Source: Candidatus Electronema aureum
GTDB lineage: Bacteria; Desulfobacterota; Desulfobulbia; Desulfobulbales; Desulfobulbaceae
Assembly: GCA_004284765.1 (NCBI GenBank)
Contig: NQJD01000015.1
Coordinates: forward strand, 1-32,000
Length of the DNA: 32,000 nt
Reading direction: 5' to 3'
The notes beneath the pieces are model-generated. The model was not told the DNA's origin and did not search any database. It saw nothing but the letters and a program-made list of their open reading frames with translations. Each line of letters opens with the position of its first letter. Position 1 is the stretch's first letter. The position numbers were made by a program, and so were the translations under genes. Of this stretch, positions 23,893 to 32,000 are shown in pieces.

Positions 23893-24417
23893 ATGGTGTT
23901 ATCCAAAGAAACGCTTGTGCAGCATAAATATCCGGTTATCGGCGCAGTGCTGGCCCTTGTTCTGATCAGCTGGCTTTTCTGGTATTTTTCTGATACGCAG
24001 ATAATCAAACGCCAGCTCATCGGCCTGTCTTGGGATGTGGGCAAAGAGAATCGACAAGAAAGCACTATGGAAACTGCTCTTAAAATGCGAGACGTAAAGG
24101 CGGTGCTGGCGGATAACTGCACCTTGGTTATTCCTGAACGCAACCGCACTGAATCTGTAGAAAAAGACTTGGCGATCATGTATCTGATGCACTACCGTGA
24201 CCGCTACGAGATGATAGCTGTCACCTTTGAAGAGATGGATATCGATTTTCCCGGCAAAGGTGAGGCATCGGTACAGAGCAAGGTTCTGCTACGGAAGCAG
24301 GTTAATCAACAAGCTCCGGCAGAAATTACAGCACCGGTTAAATTGGCACTCAAGAAGGAAAACGGCGACTGGTTGCTGACGCAGGCTGATATCGCCGCTG
24401 CCTTGCTTGACGATTAA
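23893..24417 (+). CDS. Hypothetical membrane-anchored protein (one N-terminal TM helix; possibly an NTF2/SnoaL-like fold)
   Basis: ATG at 23893 has a GGAGA Shine-Dalgarno 7 nt upstream; the ORF-track GTG at 23854 is an alternative. No recognisable catalytic motifs. Confidence 0.5.
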   Translation: MVLSKETLVQHKYPVIGAVLALVLISWLFWYFSDTQIIKRQLIGLSWDVGKENRQESTMETALKMRDVKAVLADNCTLVIPERNRTESVEKDLAIMYLMHYRDRYEMIAVTFEEMDIDFPGKGEASVQSKVLLRKQVNQQAPAEITAPVKLALKKENGDWLLTQADIAAALLDD

Positions 24418-25109
24418 CGCGGTGCAGTGCCAGTCTCTTCGCTGCGTTCGTCGTTGATTTCTTCTTGCTGTACCGGCATGGACTGCGGTTCGGTCTCATC
24501 AGGGATTGTCACCGGCTTCACTTTTTCGCCATCAACGGGCAGCTGTTCTTTGCCGAGCTTCTTTTGCTCTTGCTCACCTTTGATTTCTTCTGGTGGCATT
24601 GGCTTGAGGTCATCGCGAACACTGACATTACGGATGAACTGGCGGATAATTTCTGCTCCTTGACTCAGATAAGGCACGGTGAGCGAACCTTCAAACAGCG
24701 GATGCGCGGCAGGCAGTACGGCAGCAAGCAGCATGAACAGCAGTACCGTGACTAAGCCGCCTCGTGCCACGCCCAGTAAACCACCAGTAAGTCGATTCGC
24801 CCAACCGAGCAAGCTGATTTCCAGCACCTTGTGCAGCAGGCTGCCAATGAGGGTAAAAACCAAAGCGGAGAGAAGAAACAGGCTGCCAAAGCTGACCAAA
24901 AAGACCGCGCCGGGTCGGTCGATAAATCCCTCCACATAAGGCATGACTTGGCCTACATATTCCCCTGCCAGCCAATAACTGCCCACCAAGGCAGCGGTGG
25001 CAGCTAATTGGCGAACAAAGCCGATGCAGAGGCCGCGCAACAGGAAGAGGGTAAGGATACCTGCGATGATGTAATCAAAAGTGCTTATGTCGTTCAAGTT
25101 CAGCGTCAT
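24414..25109 (-). CDS. CvpA-family membrane protein (paralogue 2) with a low-complexity C-terminal tail
   Basis: I prefer the ATG at 25107-25109 (GAGGTGAG Shine-Dalgarno upstream), giving MTLNLNDISTFDYIIAGILTLFLLRGLCIGFVRQL, a CvpA-type N-terminus. The last ~70 aa are Pro/Glu/Lys-rich. Confidence 0.72.
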   Translation of the reverse strand: MTLNLNDISTFDYIIAGILTLFLLRGLCIGFVRQLAATAALVGSYWLAGEYVGQVMPYVEGFIDRPGAVFLVSFGSLFLLSALVFTLIGSLLHKVLEISLLGWANRLTGGLLGVARGGLVTVLLFMLLAAVLPAAHPLFEGSLTVPYLSQGAEIIRQFIRNVSVRDDLKPMPPEEIKGEQEQKKLGKEQLPVDGEKVKPVTIPDETEPQSMPVQQEEINDERSEETGTAPR

Positions 25110-25173
25110 GCCGCTCACCTCAGAAAAAAATTTGCAAGAAAGCTGTATTCTGGCTTCGATTATACCCCTTGTC

Positions 25174-25935
25174 ATGAAGATCACAACCAATACTTGCCCG
25201 GAAAAGGCCGCGCTGCTGATAGAATCCTTTTTCCCGATAGCCTGCGCTTGGGGCCGCCTACGGGTAGAAAAACAAAAGCGCATTGCTTTAGTTGATCTCG
25301 ACCAGCTGCGCGAGGACGACGTAGTATTGCTGCTTTCTGAAGCAGAAAGGATATATTTTCAGCGTTTCCACCACCCCAAACGGCGGCGGGAATGGCTATG
25401 CGGTAGGATTGCGGCTAAGATGGCCTTGCTGGATATGTACGAAGCAGAGGAGTTCCGGCGATTGACTCTTCTCCCGGATGAACACGGTAGGCCCGTGGTG
25501 AGCGGCTTGACGAAGAACAATCTATCACTTTCCATCACTCACAGCGGTAAATACGCTGCCGCATTGGCTGTGCCGAGAGAAAGCTGCGGCATTGATCTGC
25601 AAAAAATATCCGATAAACTGCCTTCGTTGATTAATTATTTTGCTTCAGAGACTGAACTGAAGCTGCTGAAGAATCAATCTGATCTCGGTAATCAGGAAAC
25701 AGCGTTAACCATGCTCTGGGCGGTCAAGGAGGCAGTGAAAAAGAGCGTGTTTGCAGATCAACCGGGGATTTTCTCCGGGATTGAGGCGCAGCGGATATCT
25801 GCTGCTGGAGATCATACTTGGCGATTTGAATGCGGCACGCACGGCTGTGCGATACAGATAGTGGCCGTGCATGATTTTGCCCCGTATATTTTAGCATTGA
25901 CCGAAAAAGATGGTCAGAATACGTTGCTTGCTTGA
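25174..25935 (+). CDS. Sfp-type 4'-phosphopantetheinyl transferase
   Basis: Motifs CGRIAAKMALL, SITHSGKYAAALAV, GIDLQKI and WAVKEAVKKS (WxxKEAxxK). The start is uncertain. The ORF-track start at 25081 would overlap cvpA head-to-head, so the ATG at 25174 is used. Confidence 0.78.
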   Translation: MKITTNTCPEKAALLIESFFPIACAWGRLRVEKQKRIALVDLDQLREDDVVLLLSEAERIYFQRFHHPKRRREWLCGRIAAKMALLDMYEAEEFRRLTLLPDEHGRPVVSGLTKNNLSLSITHSGKYAAALAVPRESCGIDLQKISDKLPSLINYFASETELKLLKNQSDLGNQETALTMLWAVKEAVKKSVFADQPGIFSGIEAQRISAAGDHTWRFECGTHGCAIQIVAVHDFAPYILALTEKDGQNTLLA

Positions 25936-26040
25936 TGATTCAAAACTTACAGATCAAGCTGGTCGAACAGATTTTTAGTCGGTCTGATATTGCGTTATCT
26001 TTTGTTTTCAGGCTTTTTCTATTCAGCCTGCGCTTTTAGC

Positions 26041-26069
26041 TTGCGGAATCTGGGTAGAGTCTATATAAC
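26041..26069 (+). promoter_or_regulatory. Candidate sigma70 promoter (TTGCGG-N17-TATAAC) for the outer-membrane protein gene
   Basis: The hexamers were read directly from the sequence, about 120 nt upstream of the start codon. The match to consensus is weak. Confidence 0.3.
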
Positions 26070-26187
26070 TATGAAATACAAATTTTTAAATTTCTCACCG
26101 CAGCATCTTTTTCAGGTCAGACATTGCCCAGCGAAAGAGTTCTGCGCTGAGGCGATATCAACAAAAGAAGGAAGGAGGATGAACACA

Positions 26188-27138
26188 ATGAAACTCAAGG
26201 TGTTGTTCCAAGCTGCGGTTTTGCTGGCTCTATCGGTTTGTGCTGCTCAAGCGGTCACTGTGACCAACGTGCGCCGTAACCCGTTTTATCAGCCGCCACT
26301 GACTTCGGTATCTGATCTCAGATACATGATGCAGGCTACCCAAGAAGACATTAGAGACGGCCTGTATCAAGCAGGCTATCCTGAGCTGTATCAGCCACTA
26401 ATGGAGCAGTATCCCCAAGCTCCGGTGAGCAGGGTCGATTACCTGTCAGGCCAGAATTTTGTCTGGATGCTGTCCAAAGAAGGCGGTTACGGCTCAGTGC
26501 GAGTCGTCAGCGACATGGTCTGGGGCGGAAAGTCTTTGGCTGCGTATGAGTTTTCCATCTACAGCAACGGCGCGCAGTACGTCTTTTCTGTGCCGTTAGC
26601 CTGTGGCAATTTGGCTCTGAAAGAAGTCATCACCACTGGAGGTGGCGTAGTCGGAACAGGTCAGGTTGGTTGCCTGTCTTGCTACGGCTTCCGCTTTGTT
26701 GCCGATGTCGGCTATCTGCATCAGTCTGACCCAGCAGATTACCTTATGCTGCGGGCAGGTGTTGAGCATTCTTTGAGCAATCGACTTTCCTTTTTAGCGA
26801 TGGTCGGTGGTGCGCCGCATCTGTCCGGCACTGACGGCGACGATGCAATACTGGTGGATTTCCTCCTTCAGTATGACTGGTTCCGCTTCATGTTCGGCAA
26901 CCAGTGGTCACAGGCTTTTGTTGGAGTTGGTCTGGGTGGCTGGATTACTTCTGGCGACGACAACCTTGAGGCAGAAGACACTGACGTGGATGTGATTGCC
27001 AACATTGGTGCTCGTATCTACGGTCAGCCGGAAACCTTCAACGCCTCACTGTTCTTCGAAGCTCGCTCTGCTGTTGACGAGTTTGACACCCTCGGCGAGT
27101 ACGGACGTTTCGGAGCTGGGCTGCGCTGCCGCTTCTAA
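26188..27138 (+). CDS. Predicted outer-membrane protein of unknown family (N-terminal soluble domain plus small C-terminal beta-barrel)
   Basis: I prefer the start at ATG 26188, 3 nt after an AAGGAGG Shine-Dalgarno (9 nt from the GGAGG core). It has a signal peptide (MKLKVLFQAAVLLALSVCAAQA). The C-terminal half shows alternating amphipathic strands, and the protein ends in ...GAGLRCRF (terminal Phe, an OMP signature). Confidence 0.62.
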   Translation: MKLKVLFQAAVLLALSVCAAQAVTVTNVRRNPFYQPPLTSVSDLRYMMQATQEDIRDGLYQAGYPELYQPLMEQYPQAPVSRVDYLSGQNFVWMLSKEGGYGSVRVVSDMVWGGKSLAAYEFSIYSNGAQYVFSVPLACGNLALKEVITTGGGVVGTGQVGCLSCYGFRFVADVGYLHQSDPADYLMLRAGVEHSLSNRLSFLAMVGGAPHLSGTDGDDAILVDFLLQYDWFRFMFGNQWSQAFVGVGLGGWITSGDDNLEAEDTDVDVIANIGARIYGQPETFNASLFFEARSAVDEFDTLGEYGRFGAGLRCRF

Positions 27139-27164
27139 GCAGCTGAGTCTCCTGCGGCCTGAAC

Positions 27165-27212
27165 AAGGCGGAAAGTTCAGTCAGTTGACTGGGTTTTCCG
27201 CCTTTCTTATTT
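27165..27212 (+). terminator. Strong intrinsic terminator after the OMP gene
   Basis: AAGGCGGAAA (27165-27174) pairs with TTTCCGCCTT (27195-27204). There is an inner CAGTCA/TGACTG pairing, followed by a T-rich tail (TCTTATTT). Confidence 0.7.
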
Positions 27213-27220
27213 GACCACAA

Positions 27221-27249
27221 TTGACCGCTGCTGCTTTCATCGTTATGAT
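27221..27249 (+). promoter_or_regulatory. Candidate sigma70 promoter TTGACC-N17-TATGAT
   Basis: TTGACC at 27221-27226 and TATGAT at 27244-27249. This would place the transcription start near 27256, which argues that the DUF2868-like CDS starts at ATG 27296 rather than TTG 27221. Confidence 0.4.
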
Positions 27250-27295
27250 AGCGACATTGGCTTGTTTGCCGTCCCTTCCCGAACACTTGCAAAAA

Positions 27296-28858
27296 ATGTC
27301 CGCACAACGCTGGAACACCGCTGAACTGCTTGATCTTGAATTTTTCCTGCATCAGGACGAGGGCGAAGATATGGAACGGTTGGCCACCCGCGACCGGGCA
27401 ATCTGTCTTACTCTGCCTGCGGCGGTCAGCGAGCAACCGGACGTACTGCTCCGCAGCTGGTTAGCCAGCCGGAGAGCGGCGGAAACTACGGCTCTGCCCG
27501 GTGCGCTCTGGCAGGAGTTGTTTGTCCTCTTTTTCGGCGCAGCGGCACTGGCCGGACTGAGCAGCGGAGCGGGCTTGGCCTTTTCCTTACTTGCTTATTC
27601 TGGTGCCCAGCCGGTTAATGTGGCGGCATATTTTGCTATTTTTGTTCTGCTCCAGCTATCCCTGATTCTGCTGCTAACTGCCTCCATCTTCTGTAGTAAT
27701 TTGAAAGGAATCAGTATCCTCGAATCTTCTCTGCTCTATCGGCTGACCGGGCGGCTTTTTTTCTGGCTGCTGGAAAGATGCACAACCGCCGGTCGGCGCG
27801 CTACTTCGCGTATTTCTGCGGAAACCCGGATGAACTGGGCAGCCCACGCGAATAGTTTCAAAAGCCTACGGCAGCGGCATGGCCTGCTCTTTCTTCGGCC
27901 CTTTTTTCTCCTTGCCCAACTCTTCGGTATTAGCTTCAACATCGGGGTGCTGGCCGCAACTCTCCTCAAGGTAATCGGCTCTGATTTGGCTTTTGGCTGG
28001 CAAACCACGCTCCAGATTGATGCCGCCGCTGTTCATGCCTTGGTCGCCGCAATCAGCCTCCCTTGGTCTTGGCTGCCGAATTGCATTCCTTCTTTAGCGC
28101 AAATCGAAGGCTCGCGGCTGATTCTCAAAAATGGCATCTATCATTTGGCAAATCAGAATCTTACCTCTTGGTGGCCCTTCCTCTGCCTCTCGGTTCTGAG
28201 TTACGGCCTGCTGCCCCGGCTGGCTTTATTTTTCGTTGGAATTCTCCGCCAGCGCAAGGAATTAGCGCAATTCGATATGCAACAAGGCCGCTTCCGTCAG
28301 ATTCTTCACCGGATGCGTACCCCGTTAGTTTCCACTGCCGCCCGGACTGAGGAGCGGCGATCTTTATCTGAAGAAAAAAAATCGACTACAGTCAAGCCGC
28401 CGAATGATGAACAGCTCGTCTCTGCTGACCGCAAACTGCCGCCGGTCATCGCCCTGATTCCTGACGAGCTGGCGACCGTTCTGCCCTTCGCCGCTGTGGC
28501 GGAACAGCTCCGTTGCCGAGCCGGGCAGCAGCTTCTGCAGATTGTGCCGTTCTGGACACTCGACCGCAGCGAAGAAGAGGAATTAGTCGCGCTCAAGACG
28601 GCAATGATAGCGCAGGACTGCGCTGACGTGGTGATTATCCACGAGGCGTGGCAGCCACCAGTGCAGGAGCTGCTGACTTGGCTTGGTCTGCTGCGCCGCA
28701 CCATTGGCCCGCAGGCGATGATCAGTATCGCCTTGATCGGCAGACCGGCAGCGGACAGCCTGATCACCCCAGCGCAGTCGGAGCATCTGCGCATCTGGCG
28801 GCAGAAAATCGCGACAATTAGCGACTCCGGTCTGCATGTCATCGAATTGGTGAAATGA
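27296..28858 (+). CDS. DUF2868-like polytopic membrane protein with a cytoplasmic C-terminal alpha/beta domain
   Basis: The ORF-track version runs 27221-28858. It has about 5-6 TM helices (e.g. VNVAAYFAIFVLLQLSLILLLTASIF). The family call rests on gene-pair context with the downstream GTPase and on general architecture recalled from annotations. Confidence 0.7.
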   Translation: MSAQRWNTAELLDLEFFLHQDEGEDMERLATRDRAICLTLPAAVSEQPDVLLRSWLASRRAAETTALPGALWQELFVLFFGAAALAGLSSGAGLAFSLLAYSGAQPVNVAAYFAIFVLLQLSLILLLTASIFCSNLKGISILESSLLYRLTGRLFFWLLERCTTAGRRATSRISAETRMNWAAHANSFKSLRQRHGLLFLRPFFLLAQLFGISFNIGVLAATLLKVIGSDLAFGWQTTLQIDAAAVHALVAAISLPWSWLPNCIPSLAQIEGSRLILKNGIYHLANQNLTSWWPFLCLSVLSYGLLPRLALFFVGILRQRKELAQFDMQQGRFRQILHRMRTPLVSTAARTEERRSLSEEKKSTTVKPPNDEQLVSADRKLPPVIALIPDELATVLPFAAVAEQLRCRAGQQLLQIVPFWTLDRSEEEELVALKTAMIAQDCADVVIIHEAWQPPVQELLTWLGLLRRTIGPQAMISIALIGRPAADSLITPAQSEHLRIWRQKIATISDSGLHVIELVK

Positions 28859-30276
28859 TGCCGAATAACGTTCCTGTACCCGAATTCGCCATTGTCGGCC
28901 ATCCTAACGAAGGCAAATCTTCAGTGGTTTCAACCCTGAGCGAGGATGACTCGGTGCGGGTCAGTCCGGTGCCCGGTGAAACCACGGAATGCCGCATTTT
29001 TCCAGTGTTGATTGACGGACGCGAGGTCATTCGTTTCATCGACACGCCGGGCTTTCAGAACCCTCGCAAAACTCTGGCGTGGATGCGGGCGTATCAAGGC
29101 GATGACCGCGAAATGCTGGCTGAATTCATCCGCATTCACAGTAAAGACCCAGCCATGCACGACGACTGCGCTTTGCTTGCACCGTTATCCTCTGGCGCAG
29201 GGATTATTTTTGTTGTCGATGGTTCTCGCCCGCTCCGCAATATGGACCGAGCCGAAATGGAAATTCTGCGTCTCACCGGCAGGCCCCGCATGGCGATCAT
29301 CAACTGCAAGGACGAGAACAGCAGCTTTCTTGCTGATTGGCAAAATGAATTCAGAAAGCATTTCAATTCAATCCGTTTGTTCAATTCCAACCGAGCCACC
29401 TACAGTCAGCGTATCGCTCTGCTCAACAGCCTCAAGGCCATTGATCAGGATTTGGAAGGGGTGATTGAAACTGTCATTCAGGCGTTCAGTGCGGACTGGG
29501 AAAACCGCCGCCGCCAGAGCGCGACCTTGATCACCGCCATGCTCGCCGAGAGCCTGCGCTACCGGGCCAGCGCGGACTGTCCGCCCGGCAAAGATGAAAC
29601 GCAGCTCAAAGCGCAGCTGCACCGCGAATACACACAGTTTGTCACCAAATTAGAACGCACGGCGCACCAGCAAATCCGCAGGCTGTTCAAGCACAACCTT
29701 TTCAAGGTGCAACTGCCGGAGCAGTCGATTTTACAGGAAGATTTGTTTGCCGCCAAAACGTGGCAGTTTCTTGGTCTGCGTGATGAGGATTTGATCTGGG
29801 CGGCGGCGATGAGCGGGGCGGCAGTGGGCGTGGGGCTGGATGTTATGACCGCAGGAATTTCCTTTGGTGTGTTTGCGGCCATCGGTGGAGTGATCGGCGC
29901 AGCGGGCGCGGCTTTCAAAGGCAAGGAGCTGCTTTCCGGCAGCAGGCTTTTGGGCATGAAATTGGACAAGCAGCAGCTACAGGTCGGGCCGGTGACGAAT
30001 ATCCAGCTTCTCTACATCCTGCTCGACCGCGCCCTGCTTTACTGCCGCCAGATCATCAGTCGGGCGCATGGCCGCCGCGACAGCACCTCCGCATTGCTGG
30101 TCGATGAAGGCGAGAAGCAGGGCTATGCCTCCAGCTGGACAACTGAGGAACGAAAAATTTGCGACCGTTTTTTCAGAGCATTGCAGAAAGAGGATGCTCC
30201 TGCCCAAGAATTGGTTGAAAAGGAGCTAACTGAGTTAATTCGGGAAAAACTGCGGAAGATAGCGGAACATGCTTGA
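28855..30276 (+). CDS. P-loop GTPase with a C-terminal DUF3482-like region containing a glycine-zipper membrane hairpin
   Basis: G1 GHPNEGKSS, G2 GETTE, G3 DTPG, G4 NCKD. A helical middle region follows. A hydrophobic Gly/Ala-rich segment, WAAAMSGAAVGVGLDVMTAGISFGVFAAIGGVIGAAGAAF, is encoded at about 29797-29917. The start overlaps the upstream stop (ATGA). Confidence 0.85.
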   Translation: MMPNNVPVPEFAIVGHPNEGKSSVVSTLSEDDSVRVSPVPGETTECRIFPVLIDGREVIRFIDTPGFQNPRKTLAWMRAYQGDDREMLAEFIRIHSKDPAMHDDCALLAPLSSGAGIIFVVDGSRPLRNMDRAEMEILRLTGRPRMAIINCKDENSSFLADWQNEFRKHFNSIRLFNSNRATYSQRIALLNSLKAIDQDLEGVIETVIQAFSADWENRRRQSATLITAMLAESLRYRASADCPPGKDETQLKAQLHREYTQFVTKLERTAHQQIRRLFKHNLFKVQLPEQSILQEDLFAAKTWQFLGLRDEDLIWAAAMSGAAVGVGLDVMTAGISFGVFAAIGGVIGAAGAAFKGKELLSGSRLLGMKLDKQQLQVGPVTNIQLLYILLDRALLYCRQIISRAHGRRDSTSALLVDEGEKQGYASSWTTEERKICDRFFRALQKEDAPAQELVEKELTELIREKLRKIAEHA

Positions 30277-30286
30277 GATACACAAA

Positions 30287-30796
30287 TTACCTTGCCGGAA
30301 ACTCGTGAATTGCTCCCCGCAGTTCCTTGCCGATTTCCAGCGTGGCATAGGTGCAGAGATTTCCGTATCTACAGTTCATTTGAAAAGAGCCTGGGTTGAT
30401 GATCAATTTTCCCTCGGCCCGATGACAGACCGCTTTGTGCGTGTGGCCGTAGATCAGGCAAGCGGCTTGGGAAAAATGGGCGAGTAGCCCGGATTCTATC
30501 TCCTTGCCCTGCCTACCAAACTGGTTGCCGTGGGTTAGGCCGAAAGCAAAACCACCCAACTCAAACTCCAGCTGTTGGGGCAGAGCAGCTTGGGTGGACA
30601 GGTTGCAGCAGTTACCATGCACGGCGTACACAGTCTTATCGCGGAAGACATCCAGTGTGAAAACATCAACGACATCGCCTGCATGAATGACGACGTGGCA
30701 GTCGGCAAAGCAGCGGCGGACAGCATCGAGGAAATCCACGCTGACGCGGGTCAGGTGAGTATCGGAAAGAATGCCTGCCTTGATCATGAGGTCCAC
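30287..30796 (-). CDS. Metallophosphoesterase, YfcE/MJ0936 family (second copy)
   Basis: Motifs SDTHL, HAGD, HGNC, THGN, GHTH and NPGS. The start may be the ATG at 30787 (MIKAGILSDTHL). Confidence 0.85.
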   Translation of the reverse strand: MDLMIKAGILSDTHLTRVSVDFLDAVRRCFADCHVVIHAGDVVDVFTLDVFRDKTVYAVHGNCCNLSTQAALPQQLEFELGGFAFGLTHGNQFGRQGKEIESGLLAHFSQAACLIYGHTHKAVCHRAEGKLIINPGSFQMNCRYGNLCTYATLEIGKELRGAIHEFPAR

Positions 30797-31002
30797 GCGG
30801 TTGGATGTTCAGGTAAAAAATATGCGGGCTGATTTCCCCGGATGACTGCTGATACTCAGCACTTTAAAAGAGTTTCCCGTGCTTGACAAGAAAAGACAGG
30901 GAAAGGTTGCAAAAAACAGAGGCATCTCGTAACATGCGGCCTTATATGTACTACTCGCAGCACCTTATCATTTAACCAACACTTTTCACAGAGGATACAC
31001 CA

Positions 31003-31569
31003 ATGTACACAGCAGCAGACCTCCGCAAAGGACTGAAAGTTCAGGTTGACGGCGAGCCGTATATTGTGACCGATTTTGAGTTTTCCAAGCCAGGCAAAGG
31101 CCAAGCTCTCTACCGCACCAAGATGCGAAGTATGATCTCTGGCAACCAGTTGGTCAATACCTACCGCTCCAACGATAAGTTTGAGAAGCCGGACTTGGAC
31201 GAGCGAAACATGCAGTTCCTCTATGCTCAAGGCGAGGAATTCCACTTTATGGACACCGCCTCTTTTGAGCAGATATTTCTGACCCGCGAACAATTAGGCG
31301 ATAACGTTCATTTTCTCAAAGAAGGCATGGAAGTGCAGGTGCTCTTCTTTGGTGGTAGTCGGCCCATTGACGTGTCTATACCCAACTTCGTCAACCTGAA
31401 GGTAACGCAGGCTGATCCTTGGGCCAAAGGCGACACCGCAGGTACTGACACCAAGCCGATCACAGTGGAAACCGGTTATCAGCTTCAAGTACCGCCTTTT
31501 GTTGTCGAAGGTGACTTGATCCAGATCGACACCCGTTCAGGAGCGTATCTTACTCGAGTGAAAGAATAA
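31003..31569 (+). CDS. efp: Translation elongation factor P
   Basis: 188 aa, MYTAADLRKGLKVQVDGEPYIVTDFEFSKPGKGQALYRTKMRS..., with the conserved KPGKGQA loop. Confidence 0.97.
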   Translation: MYTAADLRKGLKVQVDGEPYIVTDFEFSKPGKGQALYRTKMRSMISGNQLVNTYRSNDKFEKPDLDERNMQFLYAQGEEFHFMDTASFEQIFLTREQLGDNVHFLKEGMEVQVLFFGGSRPIDVSIPNFVNLKVTQADPWAKGDTAGTDTKPITVETGYQLQVPPFVVEGDLIQIDTRSGAYLTRVKE

Positions 31570-31587
31570 ACCAACACGGAGGACAAC

Positions 31588-32000
31588 ATGGCAAAGCCCC
31601 GCATTCTGCTCAATCTGTTTCATCCTAACATTGAGCATTCCAGAGGCAACCGGATGCTGATCGAAAAAGTCAGGCAAATCTCCAACCTCACGTGCCGCAA
31701 TCTGTATCAGGAGTATCCTGATTTCAAGATTGACGTGAAAAAGGAGCAACAGCTGCTGTTGGATCATGATCTAATCGTTTTTCAGCATCCCATCCGCTGG
31801 TACAGCGGCCCGGCTTTGCTCAAAGAATGGCAGGATCAGGTGCTGCAATACGGCTTTGCCTATCCTCCAGGTGTGGGCAACCAACTCAAGGGCAAGTTTT
31901 GGCTCTCCGCAGTCACTACCGGCGGGCCGCAGGATGCTTACCGCTCCGGTGAGCGCAACAACTACACCATGAGCGAATTGCTGCGCCCGTTTCAGCAAAC
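31588..32000 (+). CDS. KefG/KefF-like flavodoxin-fold NAD(P)H oxidoreductase (5' partial, runs off the right edge)
   Basis: Hand translation from ATG 31588 gives MAKPRILLNLFHPNIEHSRGNRMLIEKV...YPDFKIDVKKEQQLLLDHDLIVFQHPIRWYSGPALLKEWQDQVLQYGFAYPPGVGNQLKGKFW...MSELLRPFQQ. This is colinear with E. coli KefG as I recall it. It is absent from the ORF track because no stop codon falls in the window. Confidence 0.85.
   Translation, partial: MAKPRILLNLFHPNIEHSRGNRMLIEKVRQISNLTCRNLYQEYPDFKIDVKKEQQLLLDHDLIVFQHPIRWYSGPALLKEWQDQVLQYGFAYPPGVGNQLKGKFWLSAVTTGGPQDAYRSGERNNYTMSELLRPFQQ

Noticed and set aside
28306-28902. 198-aa minus-strand ORF antisense to the 3' end of the DUF2868-like gene.
   Set aside because: It is nested antisense in a gene with coherent TM and domain structure. 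Its translation is Ser/Arg/Cys-rich and low in complexity, which is typical of a shadow ORF.

Overview
This 32-kb window looks like a chromosomal segment at roughly 50-55% GC, with about 33 protein genes, one tRNA and the RNase P RNA. The gene content (DUF4388/PATAN and Roadblock proteins, an IspDF fusion, PPK1 plus PPK2, PilZ and MshEN signalling parts) suggests a Desulfobacterota-type (deltaproteobacterial) genome, but that is inference only.

Confidently recognised housekeeping genes:
- argJ, ppk1, ppk2, ispDF, pgl and efp
- the yejB/yejE-like ABC permeases and a UbiA prenyltransferase
- a NIF3 / zinc-ribbon / RNase HI operon that ends in rnpB
- a tRNA with a CAU anticodon

Mobile DNA and arrays: the left edge carries the 3' end of a DDE transposase gene, so an IS element runs off the window. 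I saw no CRISPR array, integrase or prophage genes.

Candidates most worth follow-up:
1. An orphan MshE/GspE-family ATPase (20606-22918). It combines a near-perfect MshEN c-di-GMP motif with an extra C-terminal cyclic-nucleotide-binding domain, and it is translationally coupled to a GT2 glycosyltransferase.
2. A translationally coupled pair with its own promoter (27296-30276). It encodes a polytopic DUF2868-like membrane protein and a P-loop GTPase with a glycine-zipper membrane hairpin (DUF3482-like), and lies next to an unclassified outer-membrane protein gene.
3. A same-strand chain running tRNA, NIF3, Zn-ribbon, RNase HI, RNase P RNA. rnpB has no visible promoter of its own.
4. A PATAN/Roadblock, Roadblock, MORN, DUF4177 cluster with no partner GTPase.
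5. A ppk1-ppk2 block whose GC content, especially at third codon positions, is clearly higher than its flanks.

Limits: all family assignments come from reading motifs by eye. No database searches were run.
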